This document shows positions 5,697-13,548 of a stretch of DNA of 32,000 bases, one piece after another (the first letter of the stretch is position 1; every line of letters begins with the position of its first letter). The DNA comes from Kiritimatiella glycovorans. GTDB lineage: Bacteria > Verrucomicrobiota > Kiritimatiellia > Kiritimatiellales > Kiritimatiellaceae. Below the pieces are notes generated by a model. It was given only the letters and a program-made list of their open reading frames with translations. It was not told the origin of the DNA and did not search any database. Location of the stretch: contig NZ_CP010904.1 in the NCBI RefSeq assembly GCF_001017655.1, positions 600,001 through 632,000 on the forward strand, in the 5' to 3' direction. The position numbers and the translations under genes were made by a program.

Positions 5697-7399
5697 GAGG
5701 TATCCTCCTCCCGGCCGCCGCCGGCCACCAGGTCGCGGACGAGATCTTCATACGATCGGCGTTCCTCTTCGCGTTCGCGCAGGGCCTCGCGTTCGCGTTC
5801 CTCGATCAGCCCGCGCCGCAGGCTCCATCCCATGCCGATCAGCACGGCGGCGAAGGGCAGGCCCGTGGATACCGCCGCGGTCTGCAGTGCACCGATGCCC
5901 CCGCCCACCAGCAGTACCGCGGCGACGGCCCCCGCCAGCAAGGCCCAGAGCACGCGTTGAAATATCGGGGTGTCCAGCTTGCCCCCCGAGGTAAACGCGT
6001 CCACCACCAGCGAACCGGAGTCCGCCGAAGTGACGAAAAACGACATCACGAGCAGCACGGCCAGCGCCTGCGCCGCGAGGGTGAAAGGGAAGTGCTCAAA
6101 CAGGGCATACAGTGAGGTCGCCACATGATTGGAAATGCCCCGGGCAATATCCGCGCCCTCGTGCAGCTCGAGATACAGGCCCGCCCCGCCGAAGACACTG
6201 ATCCAGAAGAACGTCAGCAGCGCCGGGACAATCAGCACGCTCAGCACGAATTCGCGTACCGTGCGCCCTCTGGAGATCCGGGCGATGAACATGCCCACGA
6301 ACGGCGACCATGAGATCCACCACGACCAGTAGAAGATCGTCCATCGATGCTGCCATCCGTCACCGGCATAGGTCTCGGTCCAGAAACTCAGCTCGAAGAA
6401 ATGCTGCAGATAACTGCCCGTGTTCTGTACGAAGCCGTCGAGAATGAACAGGGTGGGGCCCGCCGCGGCCAGAAAGATCATCAGGACCGCGGCCGTGTAG
6501 ATGTTCAGCTCGCTCAGCCGCTTCACCCCGTGGTCGATGCCGGAAGCGACCGAAAGCGTCGCCGCGGCCGTGATCAGAGCGATCAGCACGAGCTGGAGCG
6601 TCAGCGAGTCCTGCCAGCCGAACAGGAAATGAAACCCCGAACTCATTTGGCGTACGCCGAATCCGAGCGAAGTGGCCAGTCCGAAGAGCGTGGCCGCCAC
6701 GGCCACCACGTCGATCAGATGGCCCGGCCAGCGATAGGCGCGGTTGCCCAGCAGCGGATAGAAGACCGAGCGGATCGAGATCGGCTGGCGGCGGTTGAAC
6801 GCGAAAAAGGCCAGCGCGAGCCCCACCAGTGCGTAAACCCCCCAGGCGTGCAGCCCCCAGTGAAGAAACGTCAGCCGCATCGCCGCCCTGGCGGCGGCCT
6901 CCGTCTCCGCCGCCGCCGTCGGCGCATGGACGTAATGCGAGAGCGGCTCCGCCACCGACCAGAAGAGGATCCCGATGCCCATGCCGGCGCTGAAGAGCAT
7001 CGCGAACCACGACGTGCGCCCGAAATCGGGGACCGCATCCGGCCCGCCCAGCCGCAGGGTCCCGAACCGGCTGAAGGCCAGGTACAGGGTGAACAGCAGG
7101 TAGAAATTGACCGCCAGTACGAAAAACCAGCCGAAACGGATCGCAATGCCTTCCTGGATCGAGGAGAAAATCTTCTCCATCGGCGCCCCGACCAGCAGCG
7201 TCAATGCGATGAACAGCAGGATCAGGATCAGCGAGGGCCAGAATACCGGAGGATGCACGTCGAACCTCCGCCCCCGTACCGTACCGCCGTCCCCGCTGTC
7301 GCTCGAAGCCATGGCCGCCACTCTAGCCGAGGCGGCCCGCGGCGTCGAGAACGCGCGCGCATTCGGAAACGTTCCGCCCGCAACGGCGGGGGCGCTCAT
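5693..7399 (-). CDS. BCCT-family (betaine/carnitine/choline) transporter
   Basis: BCCT signature WTIFYWSWWISWSPFVGMFIARISRGRTVREF and multiple TM segments. An alternative start ATG at 7312 is possible. Confidence 0.85.
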   Translation of the reverse strand: MSAPAVAGGTFPNARAFSTPRAASARVAAMASSDSGDGGTVRGRRFDVHPPVFWPSLILILLFIALTLLVGAPMEKIFSSIQEGIAIRFGWFFVLAVNFYLLFTLYLAFSRFGTLRLGGPDAVPDFGRTSWFAMLFSAGMGIGILFWSVAEPLSHYVHAPTAAAETEAAARAAMRLTFLHWGLHAWGVYALVGLALAFFAFNRRQPISIRSVFYPLLGNRAYRWPGHLIDVVAVAATLFGLATSLGFGVRQMSSGFHFLFGWQDSLTLQLVLIALITAAATLSVASGIDHGVKRLSELNIYTAAVLMIFLAAAGPTLFILDGFVQNTGSYLQHFFELSFWTETYAGDGWQHRWTIFYWSWWISWSPFVGMFIARISRGRTVREFVLSVLIVPALLTFFWISVFGGAGLYLELHEGADIARGISNHVATSLYALFEHFPFTLAAQALAVLLVMSFFVTSADSGSLVVDAFTSGGKLDTPIFQRVLWALLAGAVAAVLLVGGGIGALQTAAVSTGLPFAAVLIGMGWSLRRGLIEEREREALREREEERRSYEDLVRDLVAGGGREEDTS

Positions 7400-7419
7400 C
7401 CTTACGGGGGTGCGGGAAA

Positions 7420-7458
7420 CATAACATCGCTTTGCATTTCAGCGATGAGCCTGTTATG
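7420..7458. promoter_or_regulatory. imperfect inverted repeat in the divergent BCCT / SH3b intergenic region
   Basis: CATCGCT (7425-7431) pairs with AGCGATG (7441-7447) across a 9-nt loop. An outer CATAA (7420-7424) pairs with TTATG (7454-7458). It lies 21-59 nt upstream of the BCCT ATG at 7399. Confidence 0.3.
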
Positions 7459-7542
7459 AATCCCTGCACTGCGTACGCGCAGCACGGCCGCCCGGCCATG
7501 CAGGCGGCGGTCCGGAATCAGTCTTAGAGAGAGGAGATACGC

Positions 7543-8553
7543 ATGAATCCGCATCGTTCGAAACGACTTCTCCCGATCCTTTTACTTGTCGCCTGCGCGT
7601 GGCATAGCGTCAGCGCTGACGAGCTGCGGGTCACCGGCGATCGCGTGAACCTGCGTTCGCGTCCGGCCCTCGCCGCGGGCGAAATCGTCGGCCAGACCGG
7701 CGCCGGGCAGACGCTGGAAAGGGCCGGCGATCCCGTCGAAAAGGAGAATTTCGTGTGGGTGCCCGTCCACCCGCCCGAAGGGCTTCGCGGCTACGTGAGC
7801 GCCGCCTTCGTCAGTAACGGCGTCGTCCAGGCCGGAACCCTCAACGTGCGCGCGGGACCGAGTATCAACTTCGGCGTCATCGGCACGTACGGCGAAGGCG
7901 AACTCATCCATATCGAACAGTCCGAGGGCGACTGGCTGAAAGTCCCCGCCCCGGACGACGGAATCGTCTGGATTGCCGATAAGTTCGTTCAGCCGGTGAC
8001 CCCGCCTCCGCCGCCGGAAAAGGCGGAGAAAAAACCGGAGGATCTCCCTTCGGAGGGCGGGGATCTCTACCGCGAATCCCCGGAAGCCGAGGTGACACAG
8101 GAACCGTCCGAAAAGAAAAAGCCGGCGCCCGAAACGACCGTCGGCATAAAAGAAAAAGCCTCGCCCGCTGAAATGGACACCACCGTCAAGGGGCCGCACG
8201 CGGAATGGCTGCGTAAAGCCGGACGCGGGCCGGAGCTGCCGCTGTTTTTCGATCTCGACGAGGACGCCGAGCAGGGGGTCGAAGCGCAGGCCGTCGGCCG
8301 ACTGCTCGACACCGAATCGACGATTCTCTACCGGCTGGTCGACGATGAGGGCGAACTGGTCACGCTCGTGCGCGGGCGTGAGGGCCAGATGAAGAAATAT
8401 GTGTACTGGCGCATGAAGATCGAAGGCCGGCGCTATCGGGCCGAAGACGTGGAATCGCCGATCGTTATTCCCGAAGTCATACGCCTGCTGAAAAAGCCGC
8501 CCGAACATCTTCTCACTCCGGACGAGGCCGGCGGGGGGGACGCAGACGGATAG
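7543..8553 (+). CDS. secreted protein with two bacterial SH3 (SH3b) domains and a Pro/Glu/Lys-rich linker
   Basis: Signal peptide MNPHRSKRLLPILLLVACAWHSVSA. Two SH3_3-like units (VTGDRVNLRSRPA...GYV and GTLNVRAGPS...GDWLKV...GIVWIADKFV). GAGAGGAGA SD upstream. Confidence 0.7.
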   Translation: MNPHRSKRLLPILLLVACAWHSVSADELRVTGDRVNLRSRPALAAGEIVGQTGAGQTLERAGDPVEKENFVWVPVHPPEGLRGYVSAAFVSNGVVQAGTLNVRAGPSINFGVIGTYGEGELIHIEQSEGDWLKVPAPDDGIVWIADKFVQPVTPPPPPEKAEKKPEDLPSEGGDLYRESPEAEVTQEPSEKKKPAPETTVGIKEKASPAEMDTTVKGPHAEWLRKAGRGPELPLFFDLDEDAEQGVEAQAVGRLLDTESTILYRLVDDEGELVTLVRGREGQMKKYVYWRMKIEGRRYRAEDVESPIVIPEVIRLLKKPPEHLLTPDEAGGGDADG

Positions 8554-8556
8554 ATC

Positions 8557-8570
8557 CCGGACCGGTCCGG
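8557..8570. repeat. perfect 14-bp palindrome CCGGACCGGTCCGG between the SH3b gene and the sulfatase gene
   Basis: The sequence equals its own reverse complement. It sits 4 nt after the SH3b stop and 17 nt before the sulfatase ATG. Confidence 0.6.
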
Positions 8571-8586
8571 CCTGTTCCATCGATCA

Positions 8587-10173
8587 ATGCAGTGGCTTAA
8601 ATATATTCTGCTCACGATGCATATGACCGGCGCCGCGATGGCGGCGCCGCGGCCGAATGTCGTCATTCTCTTCGCCGACGACCTGGGACGCTATGCCGGG
8701 GCCTACGCCGACCCAGACCATCCCTCACCGAACGACATCATCGATACCCCGGTCTTCGACCGCATCGCACGCGAAGGCGCGCTTTTCAACAACGCCTTTG
8801 TCAGTGCGCCCTCCTGTACCCCCTCGCGCGCCGCACTCCACACCGGCCGCCACTTTTTTCGCAACGGTTCGCACTCCCAGCTCCATCACCCCTGGGACGG
8901 GGATCCGCAGACCGATCCTTTTCGCGAGGTAATCGGGATCGCCGCCCCGCTTCGGAAGGCCGGGTACGCGGTCGGTTACGCCGGCAAAGTTCACGTCCGC
9001 GATTCCCTGATCGGCGGCAAAGAGGTTCAGTTCAACGGCGCGGGCCGCGATATGAACCGATTCTCGCAGCTCGTGGCGCCGGCCGATGATCCGGCTTCGG
9101 CCAAAGCCGCAATCCTCGAGCAGATCCGCCGTAATTTTCGCGCTTTTCTCGAAACCCGAGCACGGAATCAGCCCATCTACTACTCCCTGCATCCCATGAA
9201 TACCCACCGGAAGTGGGTCCGGGGGTCCGGGTCATCGATCTGGGGGCTGGATCCCGACAATCTGAAGGGGCGGCTCCCGCCTTACGTGCCCGATGTGCCC
9301 GAGGTGCGTGAGGACTTCGCCGACTATCTCGGCGAGGCGATGGCGTTCGACGCCTACTGCGGGGTGATCCTCGAAGAACTGGAAAGGCTCGGCGAACTGG
9401 GGAATACCCTGTTCGTCATCTCGGGCGATCACGGCGCGCCGGGATTCCCGCGCGGGAAGGCGAATGTGAACGACTTCGGTTCGCGCGTCCTTCTCGCGAT
9501 GCGCTGGCCGGGATCGATCGAACCGGGCCGGGTCATCGATACCCCGGTCTCCCTGGTCGATCTCGCCCCGACGTTCGCGGACGCCGCCGGGGTGGCGATG
9601 CCGGAGGATATCGACGGCGAAAGTCTGCTGCCCGTCCTCCGGAGGGGCGGCGATGAGGACGCTCTGCGCGGATGGGCCCTGATCGGACGTGAGGTCCACG
9701 ACGGGACCGCGCGGGAGGGGCTGCTTCCCTATCCCGTCCGAGCGCTGCGCACGCGCGAATTCCTGTACGTCGTGAACTTCAAGCCCGACCGCTGGCCGGC
9801 GGGCGATCCGAACCGTGCCCTGGAATCACCGCCGCCGCCCGAAGACCTGTGGGCGCGAAATACCTTTCTCGGATACGGCGACATCGACGCTTCCCCCACT
9901 AAGGGCTGGCTGGTGCACCACCGCGAGGCCCCGGAGGCGGAACGGGCCGTGGCGATGGGGCTGGAGAAGCGACCTCGCGAAGAGCTGTACGACCTGCGCC
10001 GCGATCCCGACCAGCTGCACAACCTCGCCGGAGACCCCGAGTACGCGCCGGTGCGCGAGCGCATGAATCGCCGGCTTATGGATCTCCTTCGCCGCGGTGA
10101 AGATCCCCGCCTGACCGACGCGTTCGATCGGCCGTTCTATCTCAAGAATAAAAGCATTCGCGGGGGGCACTGA
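8587..10173 (+). CDS. sulfatase (formylglycine-dependent, arylsulfatase A family)
   Basis: PNVVILFADDLG and the C-x-P-x-R maturation motif SCTPSRAALHTGR, GDHG, C-terminal ELYDLRRDPDQLHNLA. Signal-peptide-like N-terminus. Confidence 0.9.
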   Translation: MQWLKYILLTMHMTGAAMAAPRPNVVILFADDLGRYAGAYADPDHPSPNDIIDTPVFDRIAREGALFNNAFVSAPSCTPSRAALHTGRHFFRNGSHSQLHHPWDGDPQTDPFREVIGIAAPLRKAGYAVGYAGKVHVRDSLIGGKEVQFNGAGRDMNRFSQLVAPADDPASAKAAILEQIRRNFRAFLETRARNQPIYYSLHPMNTHRKWVRGSGSSIWGLDPDNLKGRLPPYVPDVPEVREDFADYLGEAMAFDAYCGVILEELERLGELGNTLFVISGDHGAPGFPRGKANVNDFGSRVLLAMRWPGSIEPGRVIDTPVSLVDLAPTFADAAGVAMPEDIDGESLLPVLRRGGDEDALRGWALIGREVHDGTAREGLLPYPVRALRTREFLYVVNFKPDRWPAGDPNRALESPPPPEDLWARNTFLGYGDIDASPTKGWLVHHREAPEAERAVAMGLEKRPREELYDLRRDPDQLHNLAGDPEYAPVRERMNRRLMDLLRRGEDPRLTDAFDRPFYLKNKSIRGGH

Positions 10174-10181
10174 TCCTCTGC

Positions 10182-10206
10182 CGCACCCGACGGTACGAAG
10201 GGTGCG
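10182..10206 (+). terminator. hairpin after the sulfatase gene (no U-tract)
   Basis: CGCACCC (10182-10188), 11-nt loop, GGGTGCG (10200-10206). Confidence 0.2.
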
Positions 10207-10262
10207 TGAGAGGGTGCAGTTCGTGAAGTTCGGTATGCTCAGTCCCCTGTTCGAAAACACGA

Positions 10263-10350
10263 GGAATGACTCTCGCAAAGACACAAGATCGCAAAGGGGA
10301 ATGAGAATCGCATAGGCAAATGAATCGTGCTCCCCGAATGAAGAAAATCC
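10263..10350 (+). repeat. AT-rich island with four degenerate direct repeats sharing the MITE terminal-repeat core
   Basis: GGAATGACTCTCGCAAAG (10263-10280) and GGAATGAGAATCGCATAG (10298-10315) are 14/18 identical. AATGAATCGTGC (10319-10330) and GAATGAAGAAAATCC (10336-10350) are weaker copies. AATGAGAATCGC (10300-10311) is an exact 12-nt match to the reverse complement of the MITE 5' TIR. Confidence 0.6.
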
Positions 10351-10376
10351 CTGGCGACCCCGGCGGCCTGGCGAGA

Positions 10377-10397
10377 GAAAAACAGGTTCGAACCCGT
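10377..10397 (-). terminator. candidate intrinsic terminator on the minus strand
   Basis: The minus strand reads ACGGG TTCGAA CCTGT TTTTCTCTC, a 5-bp stem. The mismatch is a G.U wobble on the minus-strand RNA but an A.C mismatch on the plus strand. The T-run follows only on the minus strand. Confidence 0.35.
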
Positions 10398-10610
10398 CAC
10401 TTCAACGGACGGAGTACCGCCGCTGAGTTCTCCCGTTCGGCACCATCGCGTACACCGGCAGCGGGGCGCCACCCGTCGTGCAGTGTAGGGTCGGTCCTCA
10501 CGCGACGGCGCAGGTCCACATCAACTTTCTGCCGACTCCCTGCTTCCCCCCGTCTGCCCGGGGTCGACGCCCGGGTGGAGCAAAGCCAGCCCTAAACTGG
10601 AGTGATGAGG

Positions 10611-11423
10611 CTAGGGGAGCAAGCCGTCCTCCCACCGCTCCGCGATCTCCGGCGTACGGCCTTCGAGGAGGTCGATGACGGCGTTCAGCGCCTTGCGCGC
10701 GTCTCCGAGCGGATAATAGAAGGCGTCCCAGTGTTCGCTGTCTTCCCCGTCGTGATTGGGAATGACATGCCGGAACAATGCCGCGGTTTTCAGCTCTTCA
10801 TACGCACTGCCCGCCCGCCGCTCGATGTTCTCCAGGTCCGGCCCGGAAAGCTCGCCCTTCTGCCGTCGCATCCGCCGCAGAAGTTTGCGGCGCATGATGT
10901 CGGTCACCAGCTGGGGGAGATCCACGGGACGATCGGGGTCTTTCAGCTCGACGATCTCGTCGCGCGAGAGAGGCGCGAGAAAAATCCCCGTGCGCGGCAC
11001 TTTCGCAAGCGCCTCCAACGACAGGAGCAGCGTGCCGAATGCCGGATTGCCTTCGAACAGCACGTCGGTGTGCTCCAGATCCCGGTGCAGTTCCTCCAGA
11101 TCGATCGCCTGAAGATCGCCGCGGACTTCGAGCACTTCATAGCCTTCTTTCCCGCGCAGCGCTTCGATCACCGGCCTTGAACGAAAATGGTAGTCGACGC
11201 CGTCCTTTTCGCCCGGCCGCGGCGGGCGGCTGTTGTAGAGCACCAGCGGTTTGAGTCTTTTTTCAAGATCGGGACGCAACCGGGCGAGGGCGCGGTGAAG
11301 GGGGCTCTTTCCCGCACACGACGGTCCGGAGAGAATGGCGAGTCGAGACATGTCGGGACCTTTTAGACCTTTTCGTTTCTTCGCCTTCGGTCTCAAGGGT
11401 AGCGGAACGCGGCGGGGAATCAA
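10611..11423 (-). CDS. guanylate kinase-like P-loop kinase (divergent; alternative start ATG 11351)
   Basis: P-loop ILSGPSCAGKS and the Gmk-like substrate motif SRPPRPGEKDGVDYHF. It lacks the usual YGT block and carries extra C-terminal sequence. Confidence 0.65.
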   Translation of the reverse strand: MIPRRVPLPLRPKAKKRKGLKGPDMSRLAILSGPSCAGKSPLHRALARLRPDLEKRLKPLVLYNSRPPRPGEKDGVDYHFRSRPVIEALRGKEGYEVLEVRGDLQAIDLEELHRDLEHTDVLFEGNPAFGTLLLSLEALAKVPRTGIFLAPLSRDEIVELKDPDRPVDLPQLVTDIMRRKLLRRMRRQKGELSGPDLENIERRAGSAYEELKTAALFRHVIPNHDGEDSEHWDAFYYPLGDARKALNAVIDLLEGRTPEIAERWEDGLLP

Positions 11424-11430
11424 GCCGCCT

Positions 11431-12909
11431 TCAGGGGGTTTTCCGGAACAGCGCGACGCTCTCGATGTGGTCCGTCTGCGGGAACATGTCGATCGGTGTG
11501 ACGTGTTCGAGGCGGTAGGCCCCGTCCGTGCAGAGTGCCGCGCCGTCGCGGGCGAGTGAGGCGGGTTTGCAGCTCACGTAGACGATCCGTTCGGGCCGCC
11601 ATTCCCGCACGGTTGCCACGGTGTCGGGGTGCATCCCGGCGCGCGGCGGGTCGGCGATCAGCACATCGGGCTTTTCCCCCGTGACCCCGGCCGCGGGGTG
11701 GTTCAGATCGGCTTCGATGAACCGGGCGTGCGTAATCCCGAGCCGTTCGGCATTGGCGCGGGCGTCGGCGACCGCCGGCCCGACGGATTCGAATCCTACG
11801 ACCCGTCCCGCGCATTCCGCCAGGGTCAGCGCGATCGTTCCAGTGCCGCAGTAGAGATCGAAAACCGTCTCGCCGCCTTCCAGCCCCGCCGCCCGGTGCA
11901 CTTCGCCGTACAGCGTCTCGGCCTGCCGGGTATTGGTCTGGAAAAACGAATGCGCCGAGATGCGGAAAGGCATGCCGAGCAGACGGTCCCCGATGGATCC
12001 GGAGCCGTAGATGACGTGTTCGCGCTCGCCGAGGGCAACCGTATTCTTCCGTCGCGTCACGCTGTTCACAAAAGTCTCCGGTGCGGCCCGGCCGAGGCCG
12101 CGCAGCTGCCCCGCCAGTTCTTCCATAAGCGACGCCTCATAACCGGAGGTCACGAGGTTGACCATTCGTTCGCCGGTGTGGAATCCCTCCCGCAGGACGA
12201 GGTTTCGGAGAAATCCCTCGTGGGTGCGCGTGGTGTAGGGTTGCAGATCGCGCTCCAGACAGAACGTGCGTACGCAATCGCGAATCGTATTCAGTTCGTC
12301 CGATACCAGGTGACAACGGTCCAGATCGAGCGCCTTCGCGTAGCAGCCCGGAGCATGGAAGCCGAGGGCGAAGTGGAGCGGTCTGGCGCCGTATTCCGCC
12401 GCCGGGAAGGATCGTGCCTGCTGCGAGGACATCGATTCGATATCCCAGCCCCGATCACGGAGTTCTTTGCGTTCCGCGTCATCCACCCAGCGCATGTCGG
12501 TGAAGGAGAGATCGATCTTGTTCCGGTAGCCGTAGATCCGCGGCGCCGGAAGGGTTTTCGCCACGGAGGGGGCGGAAAATCCGCCGAGATGTTCGAGGGC
12601 GTCGACGACCTGTTTGCGCTTGATCCGAAGCTGTTCCGCGTATTCGAGATGCTGCCACTTGCAGCCGCCGCAGATACCGAAGTGAGGGCAGCGCGGCGCG
12701 GTCCGGCGGTCCGAGGGACGATGTACTTCGGTGAGGACGGCCTGGGCGTGGGTTTTCTTCAGCTTGATGAGGCGCGCGTGTACGACGTCGCCGACCGCCG
12801 CCGGACCGCGTACGAACACCGGACGCCCGTCTTCCAGCCTCGCGAACGTCTGCGCGCGATCGGCGGTGTCGGTGATTTCCACTTCTACAATGTCGTTCTT
12901 CCCGAACAT
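11431..12909 (-). CDS. RNA (uracil-5-)-methyltransferase, RlmD/RumA/TrmA family
   Basis: N-terminal TRAM-like domain, Fe-S Cys cluster CPHFGICGGCKWQH, SAM motifs DLYCGTGTIAL, DPPRAG, YVSCKP. Confidence 0.85.
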   Translation of the reverse strand: MFGKNDIVEVEITDTADRAQTFARLEDGRPVFVRGPAAVGDVVHARLIKLKKTHAQAVLTEVHRPSDRRTAPRCPHFGICGGCKWQHLEYAEQLRIKRKQVVDALEHLGGFSAPSVAKTLPAPRIYGYRNKIDLSFTDMRWVDDAERKELRDRGWDIESMSSQQARSFPAAEYGARPLHFALGFHAPGCYAKALDLDRCHLVSDELNTIRDCVRTFCLERDLQPYTTRTHEGFLRNLVLREGFHTGERMVNLVTSGYEASLMEELAGQLRGLGRAAPETFVNSVTRRKNTVALGEREHVIYGSGSIGDRLLGMPFRISAHSFFQTNTRQAETLYGEVHRAAGLEGGETVFDLYCGTGTIALTLAECAGRVVGFESVGPAVADARANAERLGITHARFIEADLNHPAAGVTGEKPDVLIADPPRAGMHPDTVATVREWRPERIVYVSCKPASLARDGAALCTDGAYRLEHVTPIDMFPQTDHIESVALFRKTP

Positions 12910-13036
12910 CCGCCGGAGTATGAAAAGGAGGGACGGACGTGGGAAGGAAGAACATCAGAAATACGAAGATAACGGCCCTGAAAATCTGTAAAGGTCCAAA
13001 AGCTCCCGCGCTGTTCGTGCACGATTATGTTATGGC

Positions 13037-13045
13037 TGGTATAAT
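13037..13045 (+). promoter_or_regulatory. extended -10 promoter element upstream of the DUF151 nuclease gene
   Basis: TGGTATAAT (TGnTATAAT) at 13037-13045 in an AT-rich spacer. The start codon follows about 20 nt downstream, after AAAAGGG. Confidence 0.45.
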
Positions 13046-13065
13046 ATGCGAAAAGGGTTGAAAGA

Positions 13066-13539
13066 GTGATGAGCGACGAATTACAGGTGCAGATCAAGGG
13101 TTTGATGCCGACGCCGAGTGGCTGCGGGGTTTTTCTGGGCAACGGGAAGCACGGGGGGAAGATCATTGCTATTTTTGTGGACCATCACGTGGCCGCCGCG
13201 ATCACGATGTTCCTCAAGGGCGTGGAAAAGCCGCGCCCGCTCACGCATGATCTGATTACGCACATTTTTGCCGGTCTGGACGCGAGACTCGAAAAGGTGC
13301 TGATCAACGACCTCAAAAACGACACGTATTACGCCAGACTCTACATTACGCAGGAAAACGAACTCGGACGCAATGTGGTCGAGATCGATGCCCGTCCGAG
13401 CGATTCCATGGCGCTGGCGCTCCAGCAGCACGCCCCGATTTTCGTAAAGGCAAGCGTCTGGGAGCGTGCGGAGGACATGGCCTGGGCGCTGGAGGAATCG
13501 TCCGGCGACGAAGACGGGGACGAGGACGTGGAGGAGTGA
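13066..13539 (+). CDS. bifunctional nuclease family protein (DUF151/BFN) with acidic C-terminal tail
   Basis: GVFLGNG...IIAIFVDHHVAAAI...RPLTHDLI...VLINDLKNDTYYARLYI...IDARPSDSMALAL pattern of DUF151. The start is more likely ATG 13069. Confidence 0.75.
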   Translation: MMSDELQVQIKGLMPTPSGCGVFLGNGKHGGKIIAIFVDHHVAAAITMFLKGVEKPRPLTHDLITHIFAGLDARLEKVLINDLKNDTYYARLYITQENELGRNVVEIDARPSDSMALALQQHAPIFVKASVWERAEDMAWALEESSGDEDGDEDVEE

Positions 13540-13548
13540 ACAGCCCGT

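Noticed and set aside
10383-10398. tRNA/tmRNA-like T-loop sequence AGGTTCGAACCCGT
   Set aside because: With a 7-nt TTCGAAC loop the flanking bases give only two T-stem pairs on either strand. No acceptor stem, D-arm or anticodon arm can be built, and no CCA or tag ORF is nearby. It is better explained as a short minus-strand terminator hairpin.
10174-10610. Possibility that the long spacer encodes tmRNA, RNase P RNA or 6S RNA
   Set aside because: I looked for the tmRNA 5' GGGG...tRNA-like 3' end and a tag ORF, and for the RNase P GAGGAAAGTCC core, on both strands and found none. 6S RNA cannot be excluded by eye. The region is retained only as a generic candidate transcript.
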